Notes under the pieces: generated by a model | Told to the model about the DNA's origin: nothing | The model's database searches: none | The model's input: only the letters and a program-made list of their open reading frames with translations | Made by a program: the position numbers and the translations under genes | Part shown: in pieces, positions 25,528 to 40,100 of the stretch | Position numbering within the stretch: the first letter of the stretch is position 1 | Layout: each line of letters opens with the position of its first letter | DNA from: Epiperipatus broadwayi | Taxonomy: Eukaryota; Animalia; Onychophora | Direction: 5' to 3' | NCBI GenBank assembly: GCA_028023455.1 | Contig: JAQFVV010000003.1 | Span: 2,666,001-2,730,000 of the forward strand | Length of the DNA stretch: 64,000 bases

Positions 25528-27229
25528 CCTGGAAGTGAAAGATTTCTAGTCAATCCCCAACCAAGGAATAAAACAATGAATAAAAATCTCAAAGTTGAGT
25601 AGAAGTAATGTATTCATCTTGCTGATTGAGTGCTCAAATGTTACTCCATGCAATTAACCATACTATTATTATAAAGTCCTGGGTGTATTAGCATAATGAG
25701 AGACTGGCTGACATGAGAATTAAAGGTTTCTGGATCAATTTCCACCCAAGGAAAATAAAAAGCAAATTTTTAGTTTGTTCAATTATTATGAGACTTCCAT
25801 AATAATAATAATAATAATCATATGATTATTATTATTTACAAATATCTTATTTATATATGCACTAATATCTTAAAGATATCAGACATCTAAATTATAAAAA
25901 ATATAGCATTTTACTATATTTTCCATTAAACACTCTGTTCTCTATTAGAAATTGGAAAATGACAACAATAAAGGAATTCATACTTTTAGATAATGCTGCT
26001 GTTGCTTACGAATTGAAGGATATCATTTTTTCCAAATTTTTGAAATCTCAATAGCAAAGACCAGACCTAACATAATTACTTTCAAGTCATTCTTCATCTA
26101 TTTGTCATAGATTGTATTATGTATTATTAATTTGTTTTTGTTTTTATGTAAATGCTATTCATTGATAATGAGTTCAGAGATATGTAATCCTGAGCCTAAT
26201 CCTGAATACATTTACATTATCAGTACTATCAGTGTGGTTTTCTATACCTGAAGCATGCTGTTTTTGAGTGATTAAAAAAAAATGAAGCACTACTTTTATA
26301 CTGATCTTTACAAAATCCTGATTTGAAACTAGCTAAACATTTTTTTTTTTGATAATTTAGAGGGTTTGGAGAATATTAACATATAAAGATTCTCAGTAAC
26401 ACTGAGAAGCAAGATAATATCAGAGTATAGAAATTGTCAAAAAGAATTTTAAATATTTTATGGTTATAATAAAAAACACAAACTGAAAGGTATTTGATAG
26501 CTTTTTAATGGAAGCATATAGCTGTTATTTCCCAAAATCTAGTAGAAAGCATTTTAAAGAAACTTAATAGATGTTTAAAAGCCATTGGTGAATTAATTTG
26601 GTGGTAATGTTTTTAAATCAACAATAGTTATTGTTCAGAATGAAATATCACATGACTTTTGCAATTATCATTTATGATTATGTGTTTTCACATTTGTAGT
26701 TAAATTTATTTATTTAGTTAAATGTTTTTATCAGTATTTTTTAATTATTATTATAAATGAATGGCATATCTAAAATTGTATACATTTGATAAAACAGATA
26801 ACATGAGAGCAGAATAACAATTTTTACCTTCCTTTTTTATAAATTAATAATAATAATAAAAGTAACTTGGATGCATGCATGTGTAGCTTGTTGGTCAGCT
26901 TGATTATTGAATCTACCATAGAGAATATATGCATATATTTTGTTTTCACTTAATCAAATAGTAATGTAATAATAATTTGTATCAAAATGGTTAGCAGCAT
27001 CTTTCAGTCTTTATTTTGGTTGCAAGGACTTATTAATGTTTATGATATAGATCTACTTATTAAAATGCTGGAGTAAATTGTGGTGATGAGGTGACAAGCA
27101 TTTACACACTACACTCTAGAGCCTCCAATCCTTTTATACCCTCTTCTTTTATAATTGTCCAAGGCTTTATTTATTTAAGTAATACTCCAAAGACAACACT
27201 TTGCAAGCTTATGAGTTTATAAAAAGTTA

Positions 27230-28260
27230 ATTAACCCTTACAATCATAAGTTTGTTATTACTATTTCCATCATAAATTAAATTAAATTCTGAAATATTTA
27301 AAAATATTACTTTGTTCTATAACTTTCAGTCATTTATCATTCTTAAATGCTTTTTATTCTCATCCCAAATTTTCTACAAATTCCATCTATTCAACTTAGC
27401 ATTCTCTTTGCATTATTACTATCTACAAATACTGCAATATCATCAGCAAATCTGATGCAAATCTTTTTCTCAATTTTAACTTCATCGTTATCAAAGCAGC
27501 TCATTTTACATCTCATATAAATAATATTAAGAAAAGCCAACATTCTTGCATTATATCTTTTTGTATAAATAGTTCTCCTCTAAAGAAGGAAAATATTTTT
27601 TGATTTATATTACAAGTTTCTTAATATTCATCTTCTAATATATGCATTTCTTAGTTACAATATCCAAAAGAGTAATGAGAATTTCACTTTCAAAATCTAT
27701 AAACAAGTAATTATGTTTTTCTAAGAGTCCTCACTACTCCATTTCTTGTTGCTTTCTTCTAAATGTCAACTACTATTTTGATGAAAAATGTCTAATCTGA
27801 TAAAAACTCATCTATTTAAAATTCTCAACATCTTAGCTGCATCTGAATTAGTTGTTGTAAAATTCTCATATCTTGCTGCATTTGTTCTTTTTTCTAACTA
27901 AAATAATAATGGTAATGTTTGTTCAAGGTCACATGTCATCCTAAAACCTGAGCACTTTGTTTCCACTTAATGAAACAGAATTTTTTTTAACTGAGTCATT
28001 CCTTATCTTCATTAATCCATGACTCTAGCAATAATAGTCATCATTATATTACTGTGCTTTATCACTTTTCCAAATTATAAAATACATAATTTTCTTAAAT
28101 TTCTTTCCTCTGTAGTCTTTAATAATTTGTCTGGAATTTCACCAATTCTCTAAATTCCATCTTATTTAGTGATTTTACAACTTCTTTAATCTATTTTATT
28201 TTTATCTAGTGTCAATCCTTGTAATATTTATCAGATTAAAGCACTTTGGTTCAGAATTAT
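27230..28260 (-). mobile_element. Decayed non-LTR retrotransposon RT fragment
   Basis: Minus strand gives IRFADDIAVF at ~27425-27460 and an FIDFE(K)-like motif near 27700; many stops; boundaries approximate. Confidence 0.7.
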
Positions 28261-29627
28261 CAGAGAGAACAAAGTTTTGGAAAAAAGACTAGAAAATTGT
28301 TAGCAAAGAAGAAGAATGTATTTAAAAATATGAAAAAAAATGTGATTTGTATTATATAGATTAGTATATAATACAGCGTATTGAGTGATATTAATCTTCA
28401 GATATTGCTACTAATATGGGAATTGAATCTGCAATTTTTAGATTTGTAAATATTGAATTTAAAGTGATGCTTAAATTAATCAGGCTATTCTGTCAAAGGC
28501 AACAGTTTCGTATTAATTTTATATATTTATCTATGAGGATACTCCTGATTTCTCTATTTTCATTCTTTAGAGCATGATTAATCAGTTGTTTCGAAACATT
28601 GTTAATCACATTAGGTTGACCATATGAAAAGTTTCTTTAAATTTTTTTTTTTTACTTTGTCCAGTATTCAATCTCACATAATTAAAATATTTGGAATTAC
28701 TCATTAATTTTGCTCTTAATAATTCTTTCGCATTTCAACATTTTTTTGACTATCTCAAATGAAAATTTGAATTAAAAGCTCAACATTTTAATTTTAAAGC
28801 CAAAATTTTTAATTAATATTATAAATCAATAAATTGTACTTGATTTGTTAGAAATTTAAATTTAGAAATGAAAAAGATTTTAAAAAATCAAATTTGAATT
28901 CCAAATATAAAAATGGGAAATGTATATGACTAGTTTTTATTGGGTTTTTTTTTTGTCATAATGGAATTGTAAAAAGAAAATTAATAAAATATTTGTTATA
29001 TGAATTCCAATTTTTAAACTTCAATAAATTAATATAAAGTCATAACAAATCTATGAAAAACATTTCTGAAACTGAAAATTGCATTATATTTAATAACTTC
29101 TACCACTCATTGATAGTTGTTTGACAGAGTGTCAGACTGTAATAGTCACTGCTTCCATTTAATGTTACTTTAACTTTCTTGTATTTTTAAAATGAAACAA
29201 ATTTTTAAAAAATCTAAGTATAAAGAAAATACTTTTTTTTCTAATAATTATAATGAAAATATTTTGTAAAAATAATTATAAATATTTGAAAACACCACAA
29301 AATTATGCAATTTTTCTGCTTATTGTTGAAAAGAATAGCAGAGGAGAGAATTTTTGTCTTTCTTCTTCTGTAAATTGCTTTGTGGACTAGTGACATCTTC
29401 AGATATTTATTATAACTAATAAATCAGTAATTATGTTAATTCATGTTTTTAATGTTAAATGGGTGTAAATATGGTTAAGACCAAAAAAATAATTTAAAGT
29501 TGAAGCAGAGAAATACCTTAACAGTTCTCCATAATTATAATTATCATTAGGTTAAGAGAAAATGGGGAAATTATGAGGACACTCATAAATAAGTATATAA
29601 AATTTCTATTGATAGTTGTTTGGTTGC

Positions 29628-29710
29628 CAGTGACACAACATTCTAGCTGGTTAGAGCATCATTTTAACTTTAACATTTATGAATCTAAAGTCCCAGGTTC
29701 AATTCCTATT
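29628..29710 (+). mobile_element. Degenerate tRNA-derived (SINE-like) head
   Basis: A-box-like TAGCTGGTTAGAGC (29644-29657) and B-box-like GGTTCAATTCC (29696-29706); no intact cloverleaf. Confidence 0.4.
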
Positions 29711-32005
29711 TATTGCTGATCTGTCCAGCAATACCTAAAATAGAAAATAATATTATTTGAAATATTGTGTAGTTGAATGTATTTGAAAAATTTTAAATTT
29801 GATTTTTTCTAAAGATATTTTACAAATAATTCTAGATGATGTAAATAGTATAACATATAATTACAAGTAAAATAATGTCATCATAGACTTTCATGTAAAT
29901 ATCAAATCTATCTTCTCTTTTTATTTTGTCTATCCATATCCTTATGAGTTTTATGATACATTTCCCAGTTTAATTTTTTGTACATTTTCTGTTACATGCT
30001 ATTTTTCTTTTTCATTTTTCTCTTTCTACTATTTTATTAATTGTGATACATATATATTTAAATTCATCTGGCATTTTGAATAAAATAATAGCATGGATTT
30101 AATTTTTTGCTCATAGGTATAACATTTATATGAAAAAATATTCTTTAAACTCAAGAATTTACAATTAAAAAAAAGATCAAAGTATGGAAGCCTATTTTTG
30201 CAATAATTTTTTTTTTTTACATCTTCTAATTTTCAGGTGATCAAAAGATGGTAGCTAATGATAAAGTTGTTGGGATATATAAAAATTGATTGAGAATTAT
30301 AAGTATTGAGGCTTAATAAGTGTTTTTGAGGATTGTTTTAATGTTATATAATATCAAATAGAAATAACAACTTGCAAACTAAATATATTGGCATTAATAT
30401 TTAATCAAGAATGCACCAATGATTAAAAGATCAACATAAATAGTATTTACGAATAAATCAATGACTGCAAGAAGTAAAAGGAAAGTGGAAGCTGAAGAAA
30501 AAAATAGTTCGCAAGGTTGAGAGATGATAGTAATAACTAATAAATGGAAATCAGAGATTAATTTTAGACAATAAATAGTTACAGTATGGCATTGTACAAA
30601 GAACAGATATTTGTAGAATAAATTGAATATCATTAACATAGCAAAATTCAACAAAGAATGGGGCTGTGAATTAATGAATTCTTTAGAAAGATCATTGAAA
30701 TTAGTTAATGAAATATTTTTGGGAAATAGATTCCAAATATTATGATTAAACAATTTTTAAACAATGATGCTCAGACTCTATAATTATTTGGTAGTATCAT
30801 GTGATCTATTCATTTTCAGAAATTTAAAAAAAATATTATTAATAAAATGTGGCAACATTTAACTAGATCATCTTATTGTATGGGTAAATGTGATAGGATC
30901 TAATTTTTTTTCATATTGAAGTTACTATGATGATGATTTTCTTCCATGGTGAAACTACTCTGAATAACTTGCCTTTGGAATTTGATCTGGAAGCTAATAA
31001 CCATAATTTGTTTTATTTTTATTATTGTAGTCAAAGTTCAGAATTATTGTGCATAAAATTAAAGAGTGAAAATATTGTGCAAACACACATCTCTATTGAA
31101 CAATCAGTGCAGGACAATGAGTGATAGTTTGAAAGACTTATGAACTTCAGCCTTTATCCCAATTTAAGAAACAGTAAATTTTAAAATAAAAAGAATACAA
31201 AGAGAAAACAGAAAAGATTGTTTGTATTGGAAATAGTATTTAGCCTTTGATGAAACAACATTGTATTCTCCAAGGCAGTAGAAGGAATTCTTGGTCAGGT
31301 ACTGCTTATTGCTTAGTCGTAATTAATATTCATATTAAAGTCATTCCACCAAATCCATGTATTAGTAGATTGAATTTAGCATGTAACTATACATGTGGAT
31401 TATATATACATTCTAATAATTTTAGTAAGTGTATAAATAAACTATGGTTGTTAATTCTGTTATACTTAGTATGTATAATCTTATTTACAGTGCAATTAAA
31501 TCTGAATGCAAATACATAATAATAATTTATCAAGACAAACTCTGTAGAGACATTTTAAATAAGCACATAACTAGTGCTCTTTTTCGTATATCAATATTAA
31601 ATTATTGTTGATGTAAAAATAAAAAGCCCCTTTTCTAATTAACTGATAAATTAACATTGATACAAGAAAAAAAGCATTATTTACTACTTTATTTAAAATG
31701 ATTGTACAGTAATCTGGTTCATGAATTATTGTTATTATAATAGTGTGCACATTTGAACTTATATCTGTAAGATATTGGAAATTTAGTTTTCAGGCTACAA
31801 TTTTGATTTTTTTTTTCACTGAGTTTACTTAGAACCATTTATAACCTCTGACAATTTAATCATCATTAAAAGGTAACATTCATGAGAATTGAGAATAGTA
31901 TCCTTATTTTTTTTCTTGCAATAAAGCAACTGTTAAGCACATTTTGCTTTTGTTGTTTTGTAATAGTAACTAGTATTTATATTATTTTTATTTTTAATTT
32001 CAGCC

Positions 32006-32113
32006 ATGCCCTGTGTGGTTTGCTGTAATGATAGAATGCAAATTCTGAAGCTCAAAGTCCATGCGTTCCAGTCTGTCATTTCCAGAATTTTTTACCAATT
32101 CCGCAAGCAATAG
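32006..32113 (+). CDS. Candidate 35-aa small ORF MPCVVCCNDRMQILKLKVHAFQSVISRIFYQFRKQ
   Basis: Strong acceptor (T-tract, TTTCAG ending 32003) then CC-ATG (GCCATG context); GC-richer than flanks; the other two frames are closed. Confidence 0.35.
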   Translation: MPCVVCCNDRMQILKLKVHAFQSVISRIFYQFRKQ

Positions 32114-33542
32114 ATCTTTTTTTTTTTATCTATTAGTCATATATCATCATAATTGCACATATATTTAGATATGTGTTGTTAATTATATTTATTTATTTGT
32201 TTACCGATTAATCCTGGCTACTTAATCACAGTCAAAACATTTTAAATTATCAGTTACCATATTGGCAGCTACCATTAAAAAAGTCCCAAATTACAGGCAG
32301 TTGTTTTTCTCTGTTTCAGAGTTATGATTGTTTGTTAGTGTATATAATTCCATTCACAACATTTTAAAATAATAAAATTATATTTTCTGAAAATAGATCA
32401 GAGAGATAAAAAAAAAAAAAGCAGTGTAATGTCTAAAGACCAGATCTCCATTTTGAATCAAAACTTTTTAAAAGAATTTAATTTCTACAATTATATTCTT
32501 AATAATATGACCTTTGCAAAAGCTTCTAATAAAAATTAGTTCTTTTCCTAATATTACAAAGAAAAAATTAATTGCCACAATTACAAAATCCATTTCAACT
32601 TATGATAATTTGTTGCTCTTTACCAACATTAGCTTAAATCTTCCAGTCTAATCCTATGATATGGTGATTAAATAGAAGTTCCAAAAAAAAAAGACTAATG
32701 TTATGAAGTAATACAATTGAATGGAATGAAGAAATTGATCCGATTAATGAAATAAAAATCAATCTAAAATCAGTACTAATAAATTTAATCCTCAACTGCT
32801 GCATATGACAAAATAATTTAAGAAGTAAAATATTTTATTAAAAAAAAAATTCCATAAGTCGCTTTAAAATAAATAGTTTTGGATGCGATGTACTTAATTT
32901 TACCATAATATTCTAAACATTAGTATTTTTGGTAACACTTGATACCAGCATTCTATGTTCCATTAATTTTATATCCTTAATACTAACCAGAGGCTTCATT
33001 GCAATTGAATGTATAACAGTAGAAAAATGGTTGAAAAAAGGTTCAAACTCTGAATGATGACAAAATCTAATATCAGATAATTAGCTGGTTGATTATAGAT
33101 TAGCTACCTAAAAGAAAAATTCCAAATCTGTTGGAAAAAATTTCAAGTTTTATTTGGCCCTGATTTAAACCCAGAATCATGAATATATAAATGTGTATAT
33201 TTATAATTAATGATTCATTCTTCATTTCAAATATGGGAGGAGGAAGGTAATGGTCTTTAAGATGCATTTAAATTACATAGCTTTTCAAATAATCATATAT
33301 TTATTGAAAAAAGTGTGAATAGGTGCTTCCTAAAAAATATGCACTTATTTTCAAGTATTGTAGGATGAAATTCTTTCCAAGTTTAATCCAATTTTTCCAA
33401 TCCATAGTTTGACTTTCAACCTTGCCTATTATAATTTAATTGCAAGTTGTTAGTTTTTTAATCAAGTCAAATTTTTAAAGCCTTTTTATATGCAATACTT
33501 TAAGTATTTTCTCCTCATTTATTTCAAATTTACTTTATTTAA

Positions 33543-36500
33543 TGTTATTATTTAGTAAATATTTATACATTTAGCAGCAGAATATGATTTTTTTATGTTA
33601 CAAATATTTATTTTATTCAATTAAGTGCTTTCAATACTAAAACATATCATAATCATAGCATTGTATAATTAAAGTTAGATAAGCTCTCATTTTAAAATTG
33701 TTTTATATATTATAAATTGAATTAGCATAAAATTGAATTTTAGAAGTTAATTTACATTCTAATAACTGTATATGAAGTTATAGATGTCATTTTTTAGAAA
33801 GAGGGATGCTAATTTGTTATTTATTTATAGCATGCAATCTTTGGCTGTAGATCACACCTTCTTCAACTTTTTATCAACTCTCTCAGGGAAAACAATGTGA
33901 GCCCTAGAGAGATTAAAGTCATAGCCTGATTGTAGCTCATGATCTAAAAATATAGACAAGTGTTCACTGTCTTTCTTAGCTTGGTTGTATAAATAATTGT
34001 ACTGAGCCAGTCTTGTGGATATGTTAGCCCTTGTTTCTCCATAGTAAGCCTTTAAGCAATTTGACTCATTGCATAGAATTATGTACATTACTTGGTGTGC
34101 AGCCTCTCTAGTTATTTTTTGAATTGTTTAATAATTTCTTTAAAGGTGGAGATGACTGAAAACTGATGTTGTATTTATCAGTACATATTTTTCTTAATTT
34201 TTGCACAACTTTAGACACATAAGGGAGACTAGTCCATTTTTTGTCTTCAAATTGAAGATTTACAGCATGCATAATTTTGCTATAGAAATTGGCTATTATT
34301 GAATTTATTTTTTTAATATTATACCCCGTATTAATTAGATCTTTCATGTATAATGTATGTTTTTTCTCTGATCTGCTTCCAACTTGCATAATTTATAGTT
34401 TCTGTGGATTAAGCCTTTTAGACCTGCTTATTTATGGGAATTTTGTGAAGAAACTTAATTTTTTAGTAAAAAACAAAACCACAAAGTAATAAAAGTCACA
34501 TGCCATAAAACTGGGTTAATCTTTCAAAATTTGACTTTTGGAGGCAATAGAGAATATTTTAAATTGTGGGAGGTAAATGGCACAATCCAGATTTGGAGAT
34601 AGTTGCTAATATAGAATTTAAATATGAAAATGATCCAGAGGAAGAAAGGGTCATAGAGAAAGTTTCTAATATTTTAGGATATATTCCTAAAGCTAAAAAT
34701 AGCTATTGGACTTGTAATCTTAACTGCATTAGGAATTATATTAACAATAAAAATTTATTTTCTTGAAAGGAATATAAGGGCAATCAACTTATATTTTTAA
34801 AAAGGAATTTGAAAAAAAAAAAAAAATAGCAACCAGATTGGTAATTTGTGTTTTATTGAAACAAAAGATTATAATTTGAAAGCTAAAAATGATAAATTTA
34901 TTACTTCAATTCTAAGAAAATAGTGAGGTAATGTACTATCAAACTCTGAATACTTCAAATAGATATATCTGGCGGCTGCTATTGTTTCCATAATATTCGC
35001 TGAAGAAAAGTTGCACAAGAAAAAATCTCCATTTAGACTGCTGATTGACTTTGGTGATTTATATTTTTATAATCAATGAAAATTATTACATCTTGGCCTG
35101 GTTTCAGATCTTCCACTTCAAAGTCTATGTTGAATTTGCTAAAAAAAAATTGAAATCTTAAAATAAATAATAGCCATAAAATTGCCTCTCTGGTCATTAA
35201 GGAAATGTATGGTTCTGTCTCTTGTAATGAATCAATTAAAATTATAGATGGATTGTTGCAGGAAATCATTTATAAAATTCAAAAAAAAGATTTTATTATT
35301 GAAACACCAAATTGTATTACTAAACAGATATTTGCAATAATAAACAATAAAATCTATAAAATGAATCATAGTTAGTCAATGGGGTGACCATTTACTGGAG
35401 TTGTTTGCAGCTTGTATTTGTCTAAATTTGAAAAAAAATATTCCAAAAGTTGAGTGTCTGCCAAAAACAATTTTATACTCCAGATATGTAGATGATATAC
35501 AACTATGTGCAGATGAATAAACAATTGATAAAATTTATCTAGAATTAGCTTCCGTGACTTCCTTGGTATGGATTATTGAGAAGAAAGATAACATGATAAT
35601 ATCAAATCTGTAGATTTACACATTCAAAGACAGAACAATGTTTTGGATTATAGAATGGAATTGAAGCCCTTAAATGTGAGAGGCATTGTAAATACTAAAT
35701 CTGTAACCCCTGGCTTCATAAATATGTGGGATTGAAAGGTTTTCTCTGCAGGAACTAGAAATTATGCAAGTTCAAAGTAAATTGGAGATAAAACATAAAA
35801 TTATGCATGAAAGATCTAATTAATATGGGATATAATAGTTAAAAAATAAATTCAATAATAGCCAATTTCTATAACAAAATTATGTATATTGAAAATCTCC
35901 AATCGTAAGACAAAAAATGGACTAGTCTCCCTTATGTGTCTGAAGTTGTGCAAAAATTAAGAAAAATATGTACCGATAAATATAACATCAGTTTTCAGTT
36001 ACCTCCATCTTTAAAGAAATTATTAAACAATTTCAAAAGATAAAATAACTAGAGAAGCTGTGCACCAAATAGTGTATAAAATTGCATGCAAAGAGTCGAA
36101 TTGCTTAAAGGCTTACTATAGAGAATTAAGAGCTAAACTATCCACAAGACTAGCCCAGCACAATTATCTATACAACTGGGTTAAGAAAGGCAGTGAAAAT
36201 TCATCTATATTTTTAGATCATGAGCTACAATCAGACTATGACTTTGATCCCTTTAGGCCTGACATAGTTTGCCCCTGAGAGAAATGACAGAAAGAGAAAT
36301 GTGAGGAAAGTATGGTCTATACTCAAAGATATGCACACCATACATAAAAAGAATCTAGCACTCCTTTCTAAAAAATGGCTTTTATAACTTTCTGCACAGT
36401 TATTAGAATGTAAATTAACTTCTAAAATTCAATTTTGATCTATAATACACCAAACAACTTTAAAATGAGAGTTCAACGAACTTTAATTGTATAATGCTCT

Positions 36501-36611
36501 GATTATGATACATTTTAATATTCAAAGAGTTTAGCTGAATAAAATAAATATTTGTAGCATGAAAAAAACTCTGTTCTACTGTTAAATGTATAAACATTTA
36601 GTAAATCATTA
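33543..36611 (+). mobile_element. Penelope-like element (RT + GIY-YIG) with inverted copy of its 3' region at the 5' side
   Basis: RYVDD at 35482-35496; IVYKIACKESNCLKAYY..R.KLSTRLAQH at 36060-36278; inverted arms ~33543-34430 / ~35720-36611; many stops. Confidence 0.88.
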
Positions 36612-37103
36612 CAGTTAGTACAGAAAATAGGTAAAATAAATTCTTATAGAATTATTTATTTGATGTTATAATTGATTATCTATTTTGATGTAATATATCA
36701 ACTAACTTTCATACTTGTTTTGATTTGTCTTTTGATAAAGTTTTATCCCCATCTCCAGATATAATCTTGGGTTTCCTAGTTAATTCAGATCTATATTGCT
36801 GAACTATCTGCTTTTTTCCCCTTTTTTAGTATAATACTAAATAAAGATTCTCTTTTGGGGAATATGAATTTTGCTGCATCAAATTATTTCTACAAAATTT
36901 TTAAGCAAATATTTAATTTAATTTCAGATGGTCAAATTTCAAACTTTTTACTACTGTTGTTGTCTTCATTATAAAATTTTAAATCTTAATCAATCTTAAA
37001 CTAAATTGGTAATTAATAATTTTAAAAAAATATATATTTCAAACATAAACAAGTTTTCATTCCTTATAGGAACTTTATCAAAATGTCTCCTTATGATAAT
37101 CAC

Positions 37104-40100
37104 GTGATGTGATGTGATATGGCTACTCCTTTATCAAAGTCAAGAATTTCAATCAATATGTTCAAGAAAAACCTGTTAACCACCTTACCTTCTATTTCCT
37201 ACCCTAAGTTTTTCCCATATTCTTTTCTATCTTACTCTGTCCCATTTCCACATCATCATCTTTGTTCACTTCATGGTCTTTCTATCTAGATCCCTCTTAT
37301 CTTTTTCCAACCCCAGCATAAAGATCAATAACCTATTTTCTGTAATATCACTTGGTCTATATTTATTCTCCCATAACTTCATTATTTGTACCATTTCTTC
37401 TTGTAAGCATTTATATTCAATTAACAGATGCCTAATATTTTCTATACCTTCCTTACATAATCTGCAGACTAAATCATTCACATTTTGCCATTTATGTGTA
37501 TAATTCCCTTGTCAGTGATCCTGTTCGAGCTTTAAATAGTAAACTATTTTCCCTGCTATTATCATAAATTAACTCTCATCCAATATTCTGTTTACTTCTA
37601 TATATATTTCTCTTTTTACTCTCCATACTACTTCTCCAACTCCCTATTTTTTATTAATACATCTATTCTTTTATCCCAGTATTAACACTCAACAATCATT
37701 CCACCCTTTGTACAAGTATACTGATGTAAAGTCTATCCAAATCTTCTGCATACTGTATTACTTTTCTCACCCATCTTGTTGCCTGCCCTTTATTTATAAT
37801 CTAATTAAATACTATTTTGGCTATTCTCTTACTATCCATAAATTGCAATCTACCAAATATTTTCATTTTACTTTTTGCATCTGTCATGTAAAAACTTGAC
37901 CATTCCATTTCTCCTTGAATTACCTCCTTTTCCATCCACCCATAAGCATGTAATGCATGTTTTCTTACCTCTCTTTGTACTTTTTCTAAGTAATCTGACT
38001 CACCTTTGCTAACACATAACATATCATTACCATAAGTTAATCCCATTACTGCCCTTCCTTTCCACACAATTCTTGCTACATCATATTTATTATATGAAAA
38101 CACTTAATTTCTTTATCAGTCCCTTTTGCTTCTTTTATCATTTTTTTCCCCCATTCTCCCAAGCAATCTCTCTGATTACTTAAGACAATTCCCAAATCAT
38201 TGTACTTATTCACCAATTCTTCTGATTACCAAATAGTTGTATTTATTCCCCACCCGTAACTTTATATCCCCCAAGAAAAATTATTTTTCTTCTCTTTCTC
38301 CAGCATTTACCATAATTACTTTTGATCTTTCTTCACTAAAATTTAATCCCCATCTTTTTACCTACCCTGCATAAGTCTTCAACACAACTTCCATATCTTT
38401 CCTACTTTCTATGCCTAAGAAAATATCATTAGCAAACAAAAGACCTGATAATGTATACACTCCCTTGCCATCTACTAATGGTAACTCTACCCCTCTTCCT
38501 AATCTTTCTATTGCCCTTTTCATTTTTCTCAAATATAACAAAAACAGAATAAGTGACATAGGGCATCCTTGCCTTAGTCCCACTTGCTTTTTGAGTCTAA
38601 TTCCTAATTGATACGTATAATAATTATTTTCATACAATCTCTTAATAAGATCCACTAAAGTTCCATTCATTCCCAAATTTATTAAACTTACCCATAATCT
38701 GTTTTTATTCACTCTATCATATGCCTTCTCTATATCTATAAAGGTTATATAAAATTGCCTACCTGTATTCCTACTCATTTCTATAAGTTATGTGACTACA
38801 AATAAACTATCTCCTATATGTCTATTCATTCTAAAATCTCTTTGCATTTCTTCCACTATATTATTTTCTTCCATTCATTTTGCTATTCTTCCAGTCATCT
38901 TATATGCATAAACTTTATACAACACTGACATTACTGCTACTAATCTATAATTGTTTATCTTTCTATAGGCTTTAGCCTTTTCCATCTATCTCAGAATACT
39001 GTTGTCTGTGCCATCTTATTAAAGTATGATAATAGAATTATTTTTGCCCTATTTTCCAAATTCATCACCATCTTTACTGCCCATTTATCTAAACCTCTTG
39101 CCTTCCCATTTTTCAACTTCTTCCCTGCCTCATTCAATTCATTTTATATAAAACTAATATTTCCATTACTGTGTGCTTTTATGATTGTTATCATACTGTC
39201 TTTCACATCTAACATCTTTTCTATATCCATTAGAACTATAATCTTTCTTCTCATCATTTACTAATACTATTTCTCCCCCTATATTCCTTCTTTTAATATA
39301 TTGCCAAAAAATTTTATTGCCATCTCTTCCACTTTTATTAATATCTTCCAATAATTTATTATTTAATTTTCATTATCTCTTTATAATTATCTATTTTAGC
39401 CAACTTCTTTTTATTTAAAATAATGTTCTCATTTAAAATTAATATTTTTTTCATCTTCTTTGTTCTTAATAGTACATTTATATTCTCTGCTTGCTTTTTT
39501 TCCTCTCTTTTACACTATTACTAATTTTCATTTTTCTATTACTTTTAATGTTCTGAATACTCCCACCTAAAACTATTTGCCACTTTTTCTACTTCACCGT
39601 ATCAATCCTTATATTAGTCCCAACAAACTCTTTCATAACTTCTTCTACTTTTATTTATATTCTTCTATATTATTCTTATCATGGACTCTCTATCCATATC
39701 TTTCACTATCCTTTCTACTTTTATTATTATTTTCCATCACATTACTAACAATTTTTGTTATAAAAAAAATTATGATCACCATTACATACTTCATCATCAA
39801 AAACTTTTTCATACTTTATTCATTCCTTCTTTATCTAGTCATACATAATCTATTCTGTGAAATATATTATTCCTAGATCATGTGTATTGCCCCTCATAAA
39901 TATTTGATAAATTTTCAATATTCAAATTCACTTTCTGACAAAAAAATTTCAGAAGCTGCCCATTCTTGATATCCAAGTCAACCATTTCTTCAATATGCCC
40001 ATTTATATTACCTATAACCATAATTTTTTTCTCTTTTTTTTGAAACTCTGTATATCCTTAAATAGGCATTCATATATGCTATTGTTACACTCCATTATAG

